Notes under the pieces: model-generated
The model's database searches: none
The model's input: only the letters and a program-made list of their open reading frames with translations
What the model was told of the DNA's origin: nothing
Translations under genes and position numbers: made by a program
Shown: positions 39,199 through 48,518 of the stretch, one piece after another
Position numbering within the stretch: position 1 is the stretch's first letter
How the letters are laid out: every line of letters starts with the position of its first letter
Origin: Betaproteobacteria bacterium
GTDB taxonomy: Bacteria > Pseudomonadota > Gammaproteobacteria > Burkholderiales > SG8-41
Reading direction: 5' to 3'
Length of the DNA stretch: 64,000 nt
Assembly (NCBI GenBank): GCA_021732605.1
Contig: JAKFUS010000021.1
Coordinates: forward strand, 10,186-74,185

Positions 39199-39897
39199 CT
39201 AGATACTTGAGCTTGTTTTTTTCGCCACGTTGTACTTTTGCGCAAAGGCAAACAATTCGAGCCGGTTGACCACATTGAGCTTGTCGTAGATCGAGGTCAG
39301 ATGGTTGCGCAATGTGTGTTCGCTGATGTTCAAACTGTTTGCAATTACCTTGGCCGTCGCTCCGGCATTGGCCGTTGTGGCTGCGACGATCATCATTTCC
39401 CGATCAGTTAATGAATCGATGCGCACGCGATCCGGGTGAGCAGCTTGTGCGGCACCTTCCCGCGAAAACTCGACAAAAATCCTGCCCGTAGTCGCACGAT
39501 CGAGCCAGATTTCCCCCTTATGCACCTTGGTGATGGCGGTCAATATCGTCTCTGCAGGCGCTTCCTTCTCCACCACACCACAAGCACCGGCGAGCACTGC
39601 CCTGTCGTGTATTGCCTTGTCACGCACGCCCGTCAGTACCAGAATTTTTGCGTTGGATTTTTCCAGGAGTTTCGGTATGCCGTCCACGCCATTTTCTCCG
39701 CCCAGATCTATGTCGAGCAGGATAACGTCGATGACGGCATGCTCCATTGTTTTGAGCGCCTCGGTGTAATTTGAGGAGCTGCCTACGACCTTCATTTTGG
39801 GGGCGCCGCTCTCAATCAGACGTTCCAGTCCCCAGAGTATGCAACTGTGATCGTCAATCAGAAAAACGCGGATTTCGGACTGGCTCTGTACGTTCAT
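39199..39897 (-). CDS. NarL/FixJ (LuxR-type HTH) response regulator
   Basis: 232 aa with a REC domain (LIDDH, DVILLDIDL) and a C-terminal LuxR HTH (LTDREMMIV..TLRNHLTSIYDKL). Confidence 0.9.
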   Translation of the reverse strand: MNVQSQSEIRVFLIDDHSCILWGLERLIESGAPKMKVVGSSSNYTEALKTMEHAVIDVILLDIDLGGENGVDGIPKLLEKSNAKILVLTGVRDKAIHDRAVLAGACGVVEKEAPAETILTAITKVHKGEIWLDRATTGRIFVEFSREGAAQAAHPDRVRIDSLTDREMMIVAATTANAGATAKVIANSLNISEHTLRNHLTSIYDKLNVVNRLELFAFAQKYNVAKKTSSSI

Positions 39898-39920
39898 ATG
39901 GAAAACATTCTTGATTGCGG

Positions 39921-41618
39921 TTACATGGGGATCGCTACACGGACTACAGTAAAACCTTCATTGCCTTGCTCGACGGTGGTTTCACCACCCATCGCCCGCA
40001 CACGCTCGTAAATCGATCGGGGCATGAAGTTGACCACGTTACCGAACTCGGCAGGAGTTTCATTGCCGACCCGCAACAATAACTTTGAATTCTCACAGAC
40101 AATTTTGACAAACGCCTTCTTGGCTGCAGTATGCCGAAGCACATTGCTCAGGCTCTCCGAAACAATCTGGAAAACTTCGGCCGCCAAGCGCCCCTTGAGC
40201 TCGGGCGAGATTTCGCTCTTGATATCGACATTGATGCCGTAGAACCGCCGCAACCGTTCGGCCTGCTTGGCCATTGCATCGAGCAGGAATTCCCCGGGCA
40301 TCGGCATGTTGTCCTTGAGGGTGGCCGCGTAATTGCGCAGATCGCGTATCGTGCTCTCGGTCATTTCGATCAGGTCGAAAATCCGCGGCGAAAGCGGATT
40401 ACTGGCGCCCGCCTCGCGATACAGCCCATCGAGCGCAAGTTTCAAGCCGATATAAGGCTGTATGGTCGTATCGTGCAAATCCCGCGACATGAGCAGGCGT
40501 TCGCTTTCAGCGGCACCGGCGATGAGCTCCTCAACCAGGCGCATGTTCCCAACGACGGTCGCTATCGCATCTGATGCCTGGGCTAGAAGATCGATGTCGG
40601 CAGACGTGAACCAGCCGTTGGATGTGGCCAGAAAAATCCGGCCAGTAATGCCTTCGTGCGCATAAGGCACGGTTGCGAATGACTTCGCATCAAGTAGATT
40701 GCGCCACACTGCACATTCTTGCCGGAATGAATTGGTTTTTGTCTTCAGATCGAAATCAAACGCAGAATAACCGCGGTATCTCATCCACCATGGACCCTCC
40801 GGATCATGGTAGTACGCGCCAAGTGTTTCCGGCAATGTCAATAATGCATCAACTACATTTTTGGAAACATCCCGCTGTATTTCCAAAGACGCAGTTTTAC
40901 CGCGTGTGGAGGTATACATCACGTAATTCTGCAGCGAGTGGTGCCGCGTGATGAGTATGCATGAGCTTGCGTTATAGAAATCGAGCAGTCGTTTTATATT
41001 GGCATGGGTCACATGATCAATGCCAAAGCGCGGATGCCAGGGATTGTTGATCGCCCTAAGCAGCGCCAGCCTGCTCCTGAGCAAATGCTCGTAGACGCCC
41101 AGATACGAGATGACGTAACCGAATAGCAGCAGCCCGGAGGCCGGAATTATTGTGCTGCTCTGATTGGCAATCAGACCAACAGTCGAGAAGAGGACCGTGG
41201 ATACCAGCGTAACCATCACGCCTTCTCTGAACCCCCAGGAAAAAGCCGAAACCAGAATTGGATAGAAGAAAAACAAAAAGAAATAGTTTTCCGTACTCCC
41301 GGACCATGCAGTCAGATAGACGTAGAACAGCGTATCTATCCAATGAAACGAACGTGCCATCACCGGCCAGTCGCGCTGGTACCATACCAGTGCGACGATC
41401 ACGCTGAAGGCGCAATAGATCAAAAGGAAAACGAAGTGCAGCGTACTCAGCGATTCCGACTGAGAGGGCGCCGCCAGGATCGCCAAGGCTGAGAACGCCA
41501 GCAGGCAGCGCAATGTGACGAGCATGCGCGAGTCAGTTTCTGTCCCTCCCTGTGTTTCCAGGTGATGTGAGATGGCAAACGGCCTCACTGGGGATGACAT
41601 TGACCTAACTTGATTCAT
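39921..41618 (-). CDS. Membrane sensor histidine kinase (HisKA_3/NarX-type)
   Basis: 565 aa with about 6 N-terminal TM helices, a central sensory (GAF-like?) region, an H-box SRDLHDTTIQ and a C-terminal HATPase domain. Confidence 0.8.
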   Translation of the reverse strand: MNQVRSMSSPVRPFAISHHLETQGGTETDSRMLVTLRCLLAFSALAILAAPSQSESLSTLHFVFLLIYCAFSVIVALVWYQRDWPVMARSFHWIDTLFYVYLTAWSGSTENYFFLFFFYPILVSAFSWGFREGVMVTLVSTVLFSTVGLIANQSSTIIPASGLLLFGYVISYLGVYEHLLRSRLALLRAINNPWHPRFGIDHVTHANIKRLLDFYNASSCILITRHHSLQNYVMYTSTRGKTASLEIQRDVSKNVVDALLTLPETLGAYYHDPEGPWWMRYRGYSAFDFDLKTKTNSFRQECAVWRNLLDAKSFATVPYAHEGITGRIFLATSNGWFTSADIDLLAQASDAIATVVGNMRLVEELIAGAAESERLLMSRDLHDTTIQPYIGLKLALDGLYREAGASNPLSPRIFDLIEMTESTIRDLRNYAATLKDNMPMPGEFLLDAMAKQAERLRRFYGINVDIKSEISPELKGRLAAEVFQIVSESLSNVLRHTAAKKAFVKIVCENSKLLLRVGNETPAEFGNVVNFMPRSIYERVRAMGGETTVEQGNEGFTVVRVAIPM

Positions 41619-41995
41619 GGATATGATAGTGCCATAAAAAAAGCTGCGGCGTGGTGAAAAACAGCAATGTCAGGAATACGCTTTAACGCAAGGACGCAGA
41701 GGTAAAAGAGGTAAAAAAGAGTCGCAGAAAGGAACACAAAGTCATGGCTACACAGGCTTTGCCTTGATTTCCTCCACGACTCTGCGTTAACAATAAGGTT
41801 ATTGGTTTCCACATTTTATCCTGCCAAACACCCCTATTCGCTTATTAAGGTTCTTTATCCGCGAAAATGCCCCGGATGTTCCGGGCAAGCATGCCGAATG
41901 GGCGGCGGCGCATTTGCCTGGCGGCATTGGGTAGTGATACATACTATTTATTGCAACTGCAGGATTGATCATCAAGTTTTTAAGGGGATTCTGAT

Positions 41996-43345
41996 TTGAA
42001 AATCACCATCATCGGCACCGGATATGTTGGATTGGTCACTGGTGCATGTCTGGCTGAAGTGGGCAACGACGTGATGTGCCTGGATCTCGACGAGTCAAAA
42101 ATTGAGATGCTAAAGCAGGGCCGCATACCCATCCATGAACCAGGGCTGGAGATGATGGTCATCAACTGCGCCGCCTCGGGCCAGTTGCGATTTACCACTG
42201 ATATCGCCGCTGCGGTGGAACATGGCCAACTGCAGATGATTGCTGTTGGCACACCGGCTGGCGAGGACGGCTCGGCAGATCTCAGTTATGTGCTGGCGGC
42301 GGCCCGGAATATCGGCAAATACATGAACGACTACAAAATCGTCATTGACAAATCAACGGTGCCGGTAGGCACTGCCGATCGCGTACGCAACGTCATATCC
42401 GATGAACTCAAACGCCGTGGCCTGAATACTGAATTCAGTGTGGTGTCCAATCCCGAATTCCTGAAGGAAGGCGCCGCGATTGCGGACTTCATGCGCCCGG
42501 ACCGTATTGTCATAGGCTGCAGTGACGATCGGGCGCTGCAAACCATGCGCCAACTCTACGCCCCATTCAATCGCAACCACGACCGCATCCTCACCATGGC
42601 AATACGTTCGGCGGAGCTGACTAAGTACGCCGCCAACGCCATGCTGGCGACCCGGATCTCGTTCATGAATGAACTGGCGATTCTCGCCGACGCCACCGGC
42701 GCTGATATCGAGGAAGTCCGGCTGGGCATAGGCTCCGACCAGCGCATCGGCTATAACTTCATGTACGCCGGCATCGGCTACGGGGGCTCTTGCTTCCCCA
42801 AGGACATCCGGGCTCTGCAAAGAACGGCCAATGAACATCAGATTCAACTTCATCTGGTGTCTGTACTCAGCACTGTAAACGAGCGCCAGAAGCGGTTGAT
42901 CGTCGACAAGGTGGTGCGCCGGTTTGGCGATGACCTGACCGGCAGACGTTTTGCCTTGTGGGGACTTGCATTCAAACCCAACACCGACGATATGCGCGAG
43001 GCACCGAGTCTTGAGATTATCAGAGGGCTCATTGCGCGCAATGCTACGGTGGTCGCTTACGACCCCATCGCCATGAACAACGCCAAAAGCCTTCTTGGCG
43101 ATTGCCCCGGCTTGTCTTACGCTACGTCCCCCATCGAGGCGCTCAAGGGCTGCGATGCGCTGATTGTCGCCACCGAGTGGCGTGAATTCAAGAGTCCAAA
43201 TTTCGCCACCTTGAAATCAGCCCTCAAGGACCCGGTATTGTTCGACGGACGCAACCTCTACGACCCACCCTATGTCGCTTCATTCGGTATCGAATACCAC
43301 TCCATTGGCAGAACCGATCCGGGAATGAAAAATGCAATGCCCTGA
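41996..43345 (+). CDS. ugd: UDP-glucose 6-dehydrogenase
   Basis: 449 aa, TTG start. [16 protein letters not shown] and the catalytic GGSCFPKD motif support the call. Confidence 0.93.
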   Translation: MKITIIGTGYVGLVTGACLAEVGNDVMCLDLDESKIEMLKQGRIPIHEPGLEMMVINCAASGQLRFTTDIAAAVEHGQLQMIAVGTPAGEDGSADLSYVLAAARNIGKYMNDYKIVIDKSTVPVGTADRVRNVISDELKRRGLNTEFSVVSNPEFLKEGAAIADFMRPDRIVIGCSDDRALQTMRQLYAPFNRNHDRILTMAIRSAELTKYAANAMLATRISFMNELAILADATGADIEEVRLGIGSDQRIGYNFMYAGIGYGGSCFPKDIRALQRTANEHQIQLHLVSVLSTVNERQKRLIVDKVVRRFGDDLTGRRFALWGLAFKPNTDDMREAPSLEIIRGLIARNATVVAYDPIAMNNAKSLLGDCPGLSYATSPIEALKGCDALIVATEWREFKSPNFATLKSALKDPVLFDGRNLYDPPYVASFGIEYHSIGRTDPGMKNAMP

Positions 43346-43420
43346 CAGCGTGTTGATTGCGGGGCGTGTGACGGAAACTATTGCTGCAATTGATGCCCCT
43401 TTGTTGGAATAAGGCACTCC

Positions 43421-44302
43421 ATGAACAGAATTACCAAAGCGGTTTTTCCGGTGGCCGGGCTCGGCACGCGCTTCCTGCCCGCAACCAAGGCTAGCCCCAA
43501 AGAAATGATGCCCATCGTTGACAAACCGCTGATCCAGTTCGCGGTTGAAGAGGCAGTCGCCTCCGGCATCACCGATCTGATTTTCATCACGGGACGTGGC
43601 AAACGCGCCATCGAAGACCATTTCGACAAGGCCTATGAACTGGAAAACGAGCTGATGCTGCGCGGCAAGAGCGACATGATTGCGGCCTTACGCGACATCC
43701 TGCCGAAGCAGGTCAACTGCATTTTTATCCGCCAGACCGAGGCGCTGGGACTGGGACATGCCGTTTTGTGCGCCAAGCCCGCGATCGTAAACGAGCCGTT
43801 TGCAGTGCTTCTGGCAGACGACCTGCTCGACGCTGGCACACCGGTGATCCAGCAGATGATCGAGGTTTATAACTATTACAACTGTTCGGTACTGGGTGTG
43901 CAGGACGTGCCACGGGAAGACACCAGGAGCTACGGCATCGTCGCTGCAAAGCCGCTGACTGAACGGGTGGAAAAAGTCGATGCCATTGTAGAGAAACCGA
44001 ATCCCGATGTTGCACCTTCAACGCTCGCCGTGGTGGGACGCTACGTGTTAACGCCGCGCATATTTCACTACCTCGAGAATGCGAAGCCGGGCTCAGGCGG
44101 TGAAATCCAGCTCACCGACGCGATATCCGCGCTGCTCAATGAGCAACAGGTACTCGCCTACCGGTATCAGGGCGTGCGCTACGATTGTGGCTCCAAGCTC
44201 GGGTACCTGCAGGCTACGGTCGAGTTTGGACAGCGGCATCCGGAAGTCGGCAAGGAATTCGCAGAATATCTTGCTGGTAGAGACGCGCTGAAAACGAATT
44301 AA
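43421..44302 (+). CDS. galU: UTP--glucose-1-phosphate uridylyltransferase
   Basis: 293 aa. [24 protein letters not shown] is the canonical GalU motif. Confidence 0.93.
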   Translation: MNRITKAVFPVAGLGTRFLPATKASPKEMMPIVDKPLIQFAVEEAVASGITDLIFITGRGKRAIEDHFDKAYELENELMLRGKSDMIAALRDILPKQVNCIFIRQTEALGLGHAVLCAKPAIVNEPFAVLLADDLLDAGTPVIQQMIEVYNYYNCSVLGVQDVPREDTRSYGIVAAKPLTERVEKVDAIVEKPNPDVAPSTLAVVGRYVLTPRIFHYLENAKPGSGGEIQLTDAISALLNEQQVLAYRYQGVRYDCGSKLGYLQATVEFGQRHPEVGKEFAEYLAGRDALKTN

Positions 44303-44378
44303 TCTCCAGCCCGTCATCGTTTGCGAAGGATCGGGCACGGGCCTGTAGTTGAAACCCTGTGAAATCGACTAGCTGGGT

Positions 44379-44582
44379 TTATTTCCTCAGCGCTGCCCGC
44401 TGTTCGCGGCGCTGATGACAGCGGACGAGGATTTCATTTCTCTGGTAATTGTCCGCCCCGCTCCAACCGGTAATTTCGCTGATTGAGCGGTAACAGCCCA
44501 GACAGATATCCTGAGCGTCGAGACAGCAGTTGCGGACGCAGGGACTGGTTACGCTGCCCGGCGCAGGCGTCAGGTCTTCCAC
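44379..44582 (-). CDS. DUF1289 family small Cys-rich (putative Fe-S) protein
   Basis: 67 aa. SPCVRNCCLDAQDICLGCYRSISEI..W matches the DUF1289 pattern. It overlaps the moaE stop by 13 nt. Confidence 0.6.
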   Translation of the reverse strand: MEDLTPAPGSVTSPCVRNCCLDAQDICLGCYRSISEITGWSGADNYQRNEILVRCHQRREQRAALRK

Positions 44583-45025
44583 CGCTCCGCCGCCTTGTCG
44601 TCCGTCACCCGTGCATCCACCCAGCGCCCGCCCTGCGGCGTGATTTCCTTTTTCCAGAACGGCGCCTGGGTCTTCAGGTAATCCATGATGAATTCGCAGG
44701 CCGCAAAGGCATCGCCACGATGCGTGCTGGCAACGATCACCAGCACGATCTGGTCCGTGGGCTTTAATGTTCCGACACGGTGGATCACCAGCGCGTCCAG
44801 CACCTCCCAGCGGCCGCGCGCCTCGTCGATGATGGCTGCGATCGATTTCTCGGTCATCCCCGGGTAATGCTCCAGCGTCATGGTCGAAACGCTGTCACCG
44901 TCGTTGACGTCACGCACCACGCCGACAAAACTGGCGATGGCGCCGATTTTCGGATTGCCGCTGCGCATCGCGGTGATCTCGGCGCTGATGTCGAAGTCCT
45001 GCTGCTGTACGCGCACGCTCATCAT
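44570..45025 (-). CDS. moaE: Molybdopterin synthase catalytic subunit
   Basis: 151 aa with a MoaE-typical pattern (GAIASFVGVVRD..LEHYPGM..FWKKE). Confidence 0.88.
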   Translation of the reverse strand: MMSVRVQQQDFDISAEITAMRSGNPKIGAIASFVGVVRDVNDGDSVSTMTLEHYPGMTEKSIAAIIDEARGRWEVLDALVIHRVGTLKPTDQIVLVIVASTHRGDAFAACEFIMDYLKTQAPFWKKEITPQGGRWVDARVTDDKAAERWKT

Positions 45026-45031
45026 TGCCCC

Positions 45032-45286
45032 CTATCCGCCGGTCACCGGCGGAAAGAATGCCACTTCATCGCCATCGGCCAACGGTGTATCCGCCGCGGC
45101 TACGGTCTGGTTCACTGCGGCGCGCAGGTTGCGCCCCTCGGCCATTTCCCTGGCCCAGGCCTCGCCGCGTTGCGCAAGGTGGGCGCGTAATCCGCGCAAT
45201 GTGCTGACGCCGGCCGGCAGCACCAGTTGTTCCTGGCCGGTGCCCAGCGCTTCGCGCAGCCGGGCGAAATAAAGCACAGTGATCAC
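45032..45286 (-). CDS. moaD: Molybdopterin synthase sulfur-carrier subunit
   Basis: 84 aa with a ThiS/MoaD fold pattern and a C-terminal FFPPVTGG. Confidence 0.85.
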   Translation of the reverse strand: MITVLYFARLREALGTGQEQLVLPAGVSTLRGLRAHLAQRGEAWAREMAEGRNLRAAVNQTVAAADTPLADGDEVAFFPPVTGG

Positions 45287-45789
45287 CGCGCGCCCTCGCC
45301 CAGCCCGACATGCTTCATGATGAAATCGGCAATGATCGGCGGCGCGTTCAGATCGAATTGCGGCAGTTTGGTATCCACGCTGGCATCACTGGCGACCGCC
45401 ACGATGTTGCTGTCGTGGGGATGCAGCAGCGATTCACCGACTTCGGAACGATAAACCTCCAGCTTGGGTATGCGCTCATGCTTGAAACCTTCAACCAGCA
45501 GCAGGTCGCAGGGGGACAACCGCTCAATCTGCTCGGTCAACCCCGGCTCCGGCGTGCCGCGCAGTTCGTGCATCAGCGCCCAGCGCCGCGACGATGTCAC
45601 CAGCACTTCGGTGCAACCGGCGTGGCGATGGCGAAAGGAATCCTTGCCCGGCTGGTCGACGTCGAAAGTGTGATGCGCGTGTTTGATCAGCGACACTTTC
45701 AGATTCTGCGCCACGAACAACGGAATCAGTTTTTCGATCAAGGTGGTTTTGCCGCTGCCGGAATACCCGGCAAAGCCGAAAATTTTCAT
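45283..45789 (-). CDS. mobB: Molybdopterin-guanine dinucleotide biosynthesis adapter protein
   Basis: 168 aa with P-loop GYSGSGKTTLIEKLI and KHAHH motifs. Confidence 0.88.
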   Translation of the reverse strand: MKIFGFAGYSGSGKTTLIEKLIPLFVAQNLKVSLIKHAHHTFDVDQPGKDSFRHRHAGCTEVLVTSSRRWALMHELRGTPEPGLTEQIERLSPCDLLLVEGFKHERIPKLEVYRSEVGESLLHPHDSNIVAVASDASVDTKLPQFDLNAPPIIADFIMKHVGLGEGAR

Positions 45790-45829
45790 GCCCTGCGTTC
45801 TCCTCGTGGGCCAATATTACCAGTGCCCC

Positions 45830-45922
45830 GCTCCCTACCCACGTTCTCGCTCCATGTTCCCGCCCCAAGTTCTCGCCCCATCTTCTCGTCTTACCCTCCC
45901 GCCCAATACTTCCTCGCCTCAC
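45830..45922. repeat. Tandem array of a 13-nt unit (plus-strand consensus GTTCTCGCCCCAT) in the modC-mobB spacer
   Basis: Units start at 45843, 45856 and 45869 (12/13, 11/13 and 13/13 matches), with degenerate units on both sides. A period of 13 is not a codon multiple. Confidence 0.7.
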
Positions 45923-45925
45923 ACC

Positions 45926-47059
45926 CTATGCCGGTTTTGCAGGGGTGCGCGATTCATCAGCCGGCATCAGGTGTATCCCTTCTGCGAGCAGGGATACGCC
46001 AACCACCACGCCCTGAACGATGCCGTTACGACGCGCTGCATGCGCGGGGATGGTCAGGAACAGCGGCGGCCGGTCGGGGCCATTGACAGCCACGGTCAGT
46101 GCAACATTTTCACCGAGTGGCAGATACTCGAGGACCGGGCCGGACACCGGGTTTTCATGCTCACCGCGTGATGGCCGGTCACGCCGGTGCAGCACAATAT
46201 GACCCTGCGGGATGGCCCAGTTTACCTGCTGCCCGACCTTAAAATCCGGCTGCAGCCGCGCTTCGAGGCGATGTTTGCGCCACTCAATGGTGGTGACATT
46301 ACGCCCGGCATCATGCGCAAGCACACCGGCGCGAAATACATTGCGCAGTCCGACGAGCTGCGCGACTTCCACCGTCTGGGGTTGTGTCATCACCGCATAC
46401 GGATCGCCGGATTGCAGCGTGCGGCCCTGGTGCAGCACGCACATGCGGTCGGCGAGCATCAGAGCTTCATCGAGATCATGCGTGACCAGGATTATGGGCA
46501 TCGCCAGTTCACGACGCAGTTCGGCCAGTTCAAGATACAAACGCTGACGCGTGGCACGGTCCACCGCAGAGAATGGTTCATCCAGCAGCAATACCTGCGG
46601 CTCACGCGCCAGTGCGCGTGCCACGGCGACGCGTTGCTGCTGACCTCCTGAAAGCGCTGCGGGCACGCGGTGTTCAAGTCCGGCAAGGCGCACCCGCGCC
46701 AGCACGTCGCGGGCACGGCGTTCGCGCTCGGCCACAGGCAGTTCGAGCATGGCCTCCATCACGTTATGCAAGGCGCTCAGGTGCGGGAACAGTGCGTAGT
46801 TCTGAAATACGTAACCGACACGCCGTTTGCGGGTTTCCACCCAGACATGAGCGTCACCATCAAACCAGCAGTCGCCGCTGCACTGGATCGCGCCGTGCCT
46901 GACGCGCAGCAAACCGGCTATCGCGCGCAGTATCGTGGTCTTGCCACTGCCCGATGGTCCGACCAGCGCCAGCACTTCGCCCGGCGGGCAGCTGAGTTCG
47001 GCGTCGAGCGGGATCGGGCCGCTTTGCTGCAAACGGACGTGGATGCCCTGATCAGCCAT
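45926..47059 (-). CDS. modC: Molybdate ABC transporter ATP-binding protein with C-terminal TOBE-type domain
   Basis: Walker A GPSGSGKTT, signature LSGGQQQR and a C-terminal Mop/TOBE region. The ATG at 47059 overlaps the modB stop; the ORF extends to 47101. Confidence 0.88.
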   Translation of the reverse strand: MADQGIHVRLQQSGPIPLDAELSCPPGEVLALVGPSGSGKTTILRAIAGLLRVRHGAIQCSGDCWFDGDAHVWVETRKRRVGYVFQNYALFPHLSALHNVMEAMLELPVAERERRARDVLARVRLAGLEHRVPAALSGGQQQRVAVARALAREPQVLLLDEPFSAVDRATRQRLYLELAELRRELAMPIILVTHDLDEALMLADRMCVLHQGRTLQSGDPYAVMTQPQTVEVAQLVGLRNVFRAGVLAHDAGRNVTTIEWRKHRLEARLQPDFKVGQQVNWAIPQGHIVLHRRDRPSRGEHENPVSGPVLEYLPLGENVALTVAVNGPDRPPLFLTIPAHAARRNGIVQGVVVGVSLLAEGIHLMPADESRTPAKPA

Positions 47060-47723
47060 GGCGGCGTGACCGCGTACGCGATGTTGTAAAGTAAGCGGCA
47101 CTAATTGCCAGCAGTGAAATCAGCAGCAGCACAGCGGACATCAAGCCGGCACCAGCAGTGTCGAAAGCCTGCACGCGGTCGTAGATCGCGATGGCAATGG
47201 TCTTGGTTTCGCCGGGTATGCTGCCGCCGACCATCAGCACCACGCCGAATTCGCCCAGCGTGTGCGCAAACGTCAGCACTACCGCCGACAGGATGCCGGG
47301 CCAGGCCAGCGGCAATTCGATGCGCCACAGCGTACGCCAGCGCGACAGACCGCAACAGGCCGCGGCATCGCGCACCTCCGGTGCGATGGCCTCGAAGCCC
47401 CTCTGCATGGGCTGGATCGCGAACGGGATGTTGAAAATCACCGACGCCAGCAGCAGCCCCTCGAAACTGAATACCAGCGGCCGGCCGAACACGGATTCAT
47501 AGAATTGGCCGATGGGAGACGCACCACCCATCATCACCAGCAGGTAATAACCCAGCACGGTCGGAGGCAATACCAGCGGCAGCGCCAGCAGCGCCTCGAC
47601 CCAGGCCTTGCCGCGAAAGTGGTAGGCAGCCAGGGCATGACCGGCCCAGATGCCTATGGGCAGCAGGATCAGCACCGTGCAGGCCGCCAGTTTCAGCGAG
47701 AGATTGAGTGCAGACCAATCCAT
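47052..47723 (-). CDS. modB: Molybdate ABC transporter permease
   Basis: 223 aa with a CysTW/ModB-type permease pattern and an EAA loop (RDAAACCGLSRWRTLWRIELP). Confidence 0.88.
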   Translation of the reverse strand: MDWSALNLSLKLAACTVLILLPIGIWAGHALAAYHFRGKAWVEALLALPLVLPPTVLGYYLLVMMGGASPIGQFYESVFGRPLVFSFEGLLLASVIFNIPFAIQPMQRGFEAIAPEVRDAAACCGLSRWRTLWRIELPLAWPGILSAVVLTFAHTLGEFGVVLMVGGSIPGETKTIAIAIYDRVQAFDTAGAGLMSAVLLLISLLAISAAYFTTSRTRSRRHG

Positions 47724-47726
47724 GAT

Positions 47727-48518
47727 TTATTTCATCGCCTCAACCGGCAGCACGAAACCATATTGCTCAAAAATTTTCCGTGCTGCGGGCTGCTGCAACC
47801 AGGCATAAAACGCGCGCGCCGTTTCGCCCGCCCCTTTGACCAGCACCATGCGCTGGCGGAGTGGCTGGTGCAGGTCTTCGGGCAACAAAACATACGTTCC
47901 CAATTTCGAAACAGTCGGGGACAAGGCCAGCGAATACGCAAAAATGCCGCCCTGCGCCGAACCACTGGTCGCAAACTGCGCCGCCTGTGACACGTTTTCG
48001 CCGAGCACCAGTTTTCTCTGCAATAGCTCCCACAGCCCCTGCTTGCGCAAAGCCTGTTCGGCCGCGCGACCGTAGGGTGCATGCTCAGGATTGGCAATGG
48101 CAAAACGGCTGATGCGGTTGGCAGCGAGGGCGGCGTTGAGGCCGTCCATCCGGCCATCGACCTGGAGCGGCGATGATTTGGGTGCAAACAATACAATACG
48201 GCCGGTCGCATACAGCACGCCACGATCTTCGGTTTTCCCGTCCTGATGCAGACGAAAAACAAAATCCTCATCGGCCGACATAAACAGCTGGAATGGAGCG
48301 CCCTGCCCGATCTGGCGGAAATAATTACCCGAGGAACCAAACGACAGCCGCAGTTCATTTTGGGTATCGCCACGAAAGCGTGCGGCGATGGCTTCCAGCG
48401 CGAACTGCAGATCGGATGCGGCAGCAATGGCGGGATTGGAGTCCTGGGCATGAACACTCGCGCTTTGCCCTGAAAATAACAAAAATATTAATAAAAACAA
48501 ATACTTATGAAACTTCAT
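47727..48518 (-). CDS. modA: Molybdate ABC transporter substrate-binding protein
   Basis: 263 aa. The mature part, AAASDLQFALEAIAARF...SFGSSG, is ModA-like. The signal-peptide codons coincide with AT-rich element copy D. Confidence 0.85.
   Translation of the reverse strand: MKFHKYLFLLIFLLFSGQSASVHAQDSNPAIAAASDLQFALEAIAARFRGDTQNELRLSFGSSGNYFRQIGQGAPFQLFMSADEDFVFRLHQDGKTEDRGVLYATGRIVLFAPKSSPLQVDGRMDGLNAALAANRISRFAIANPEHAPYGRAAEQALRKQGLWELLQRKLVLGENVSQAAQFATSGSAQGGIFAYSLALSPTVSKLGTYVLLPEDLHQPLRQRMVLVKGAGETARAFYAWLQQPAARKIFEQYGFVLPVEAMK
48481..48508 (-). repeat. AT-rich recurrent element, copy D (inside the modA 5' coding region)
   Basis: The reverse complement reads ataagtatttgtttttattaatattttt and is translated as KYLFLLIFL within the ModA signal peptide. 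Confidence 0.8.

Noticed and set aside
41615-41999. ORFs 41615..41812(-) and 41802..41999(+) in the 377-nt HK/ugd divergent intergenic region.
   Set aside because: There are no RBS, no recognisable motifs, and atypical composition. The region is more plausibly a pair of divergent promoters.
45830-45922. Considered the 13-nt tandem repeats as a CRISPR or coding repeat.
   Set aside because: There are no spacers between units, the units are far too short for CRISPR, the period is not divisible by 3, and there are no cas genes in the window.
45790-45925. Looked for a Moco riboswitch upstream of mobB-moaD-moaE, and also in 52629-52707 and 53767-53832.
   Set aside because: I could not find the conserved Moco-motif elements I remember. 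The spacers are too short (66-136 nt), and the longest is occupied by 13-nt tandem repeats. A covariance-model scan would be needed to be sure.
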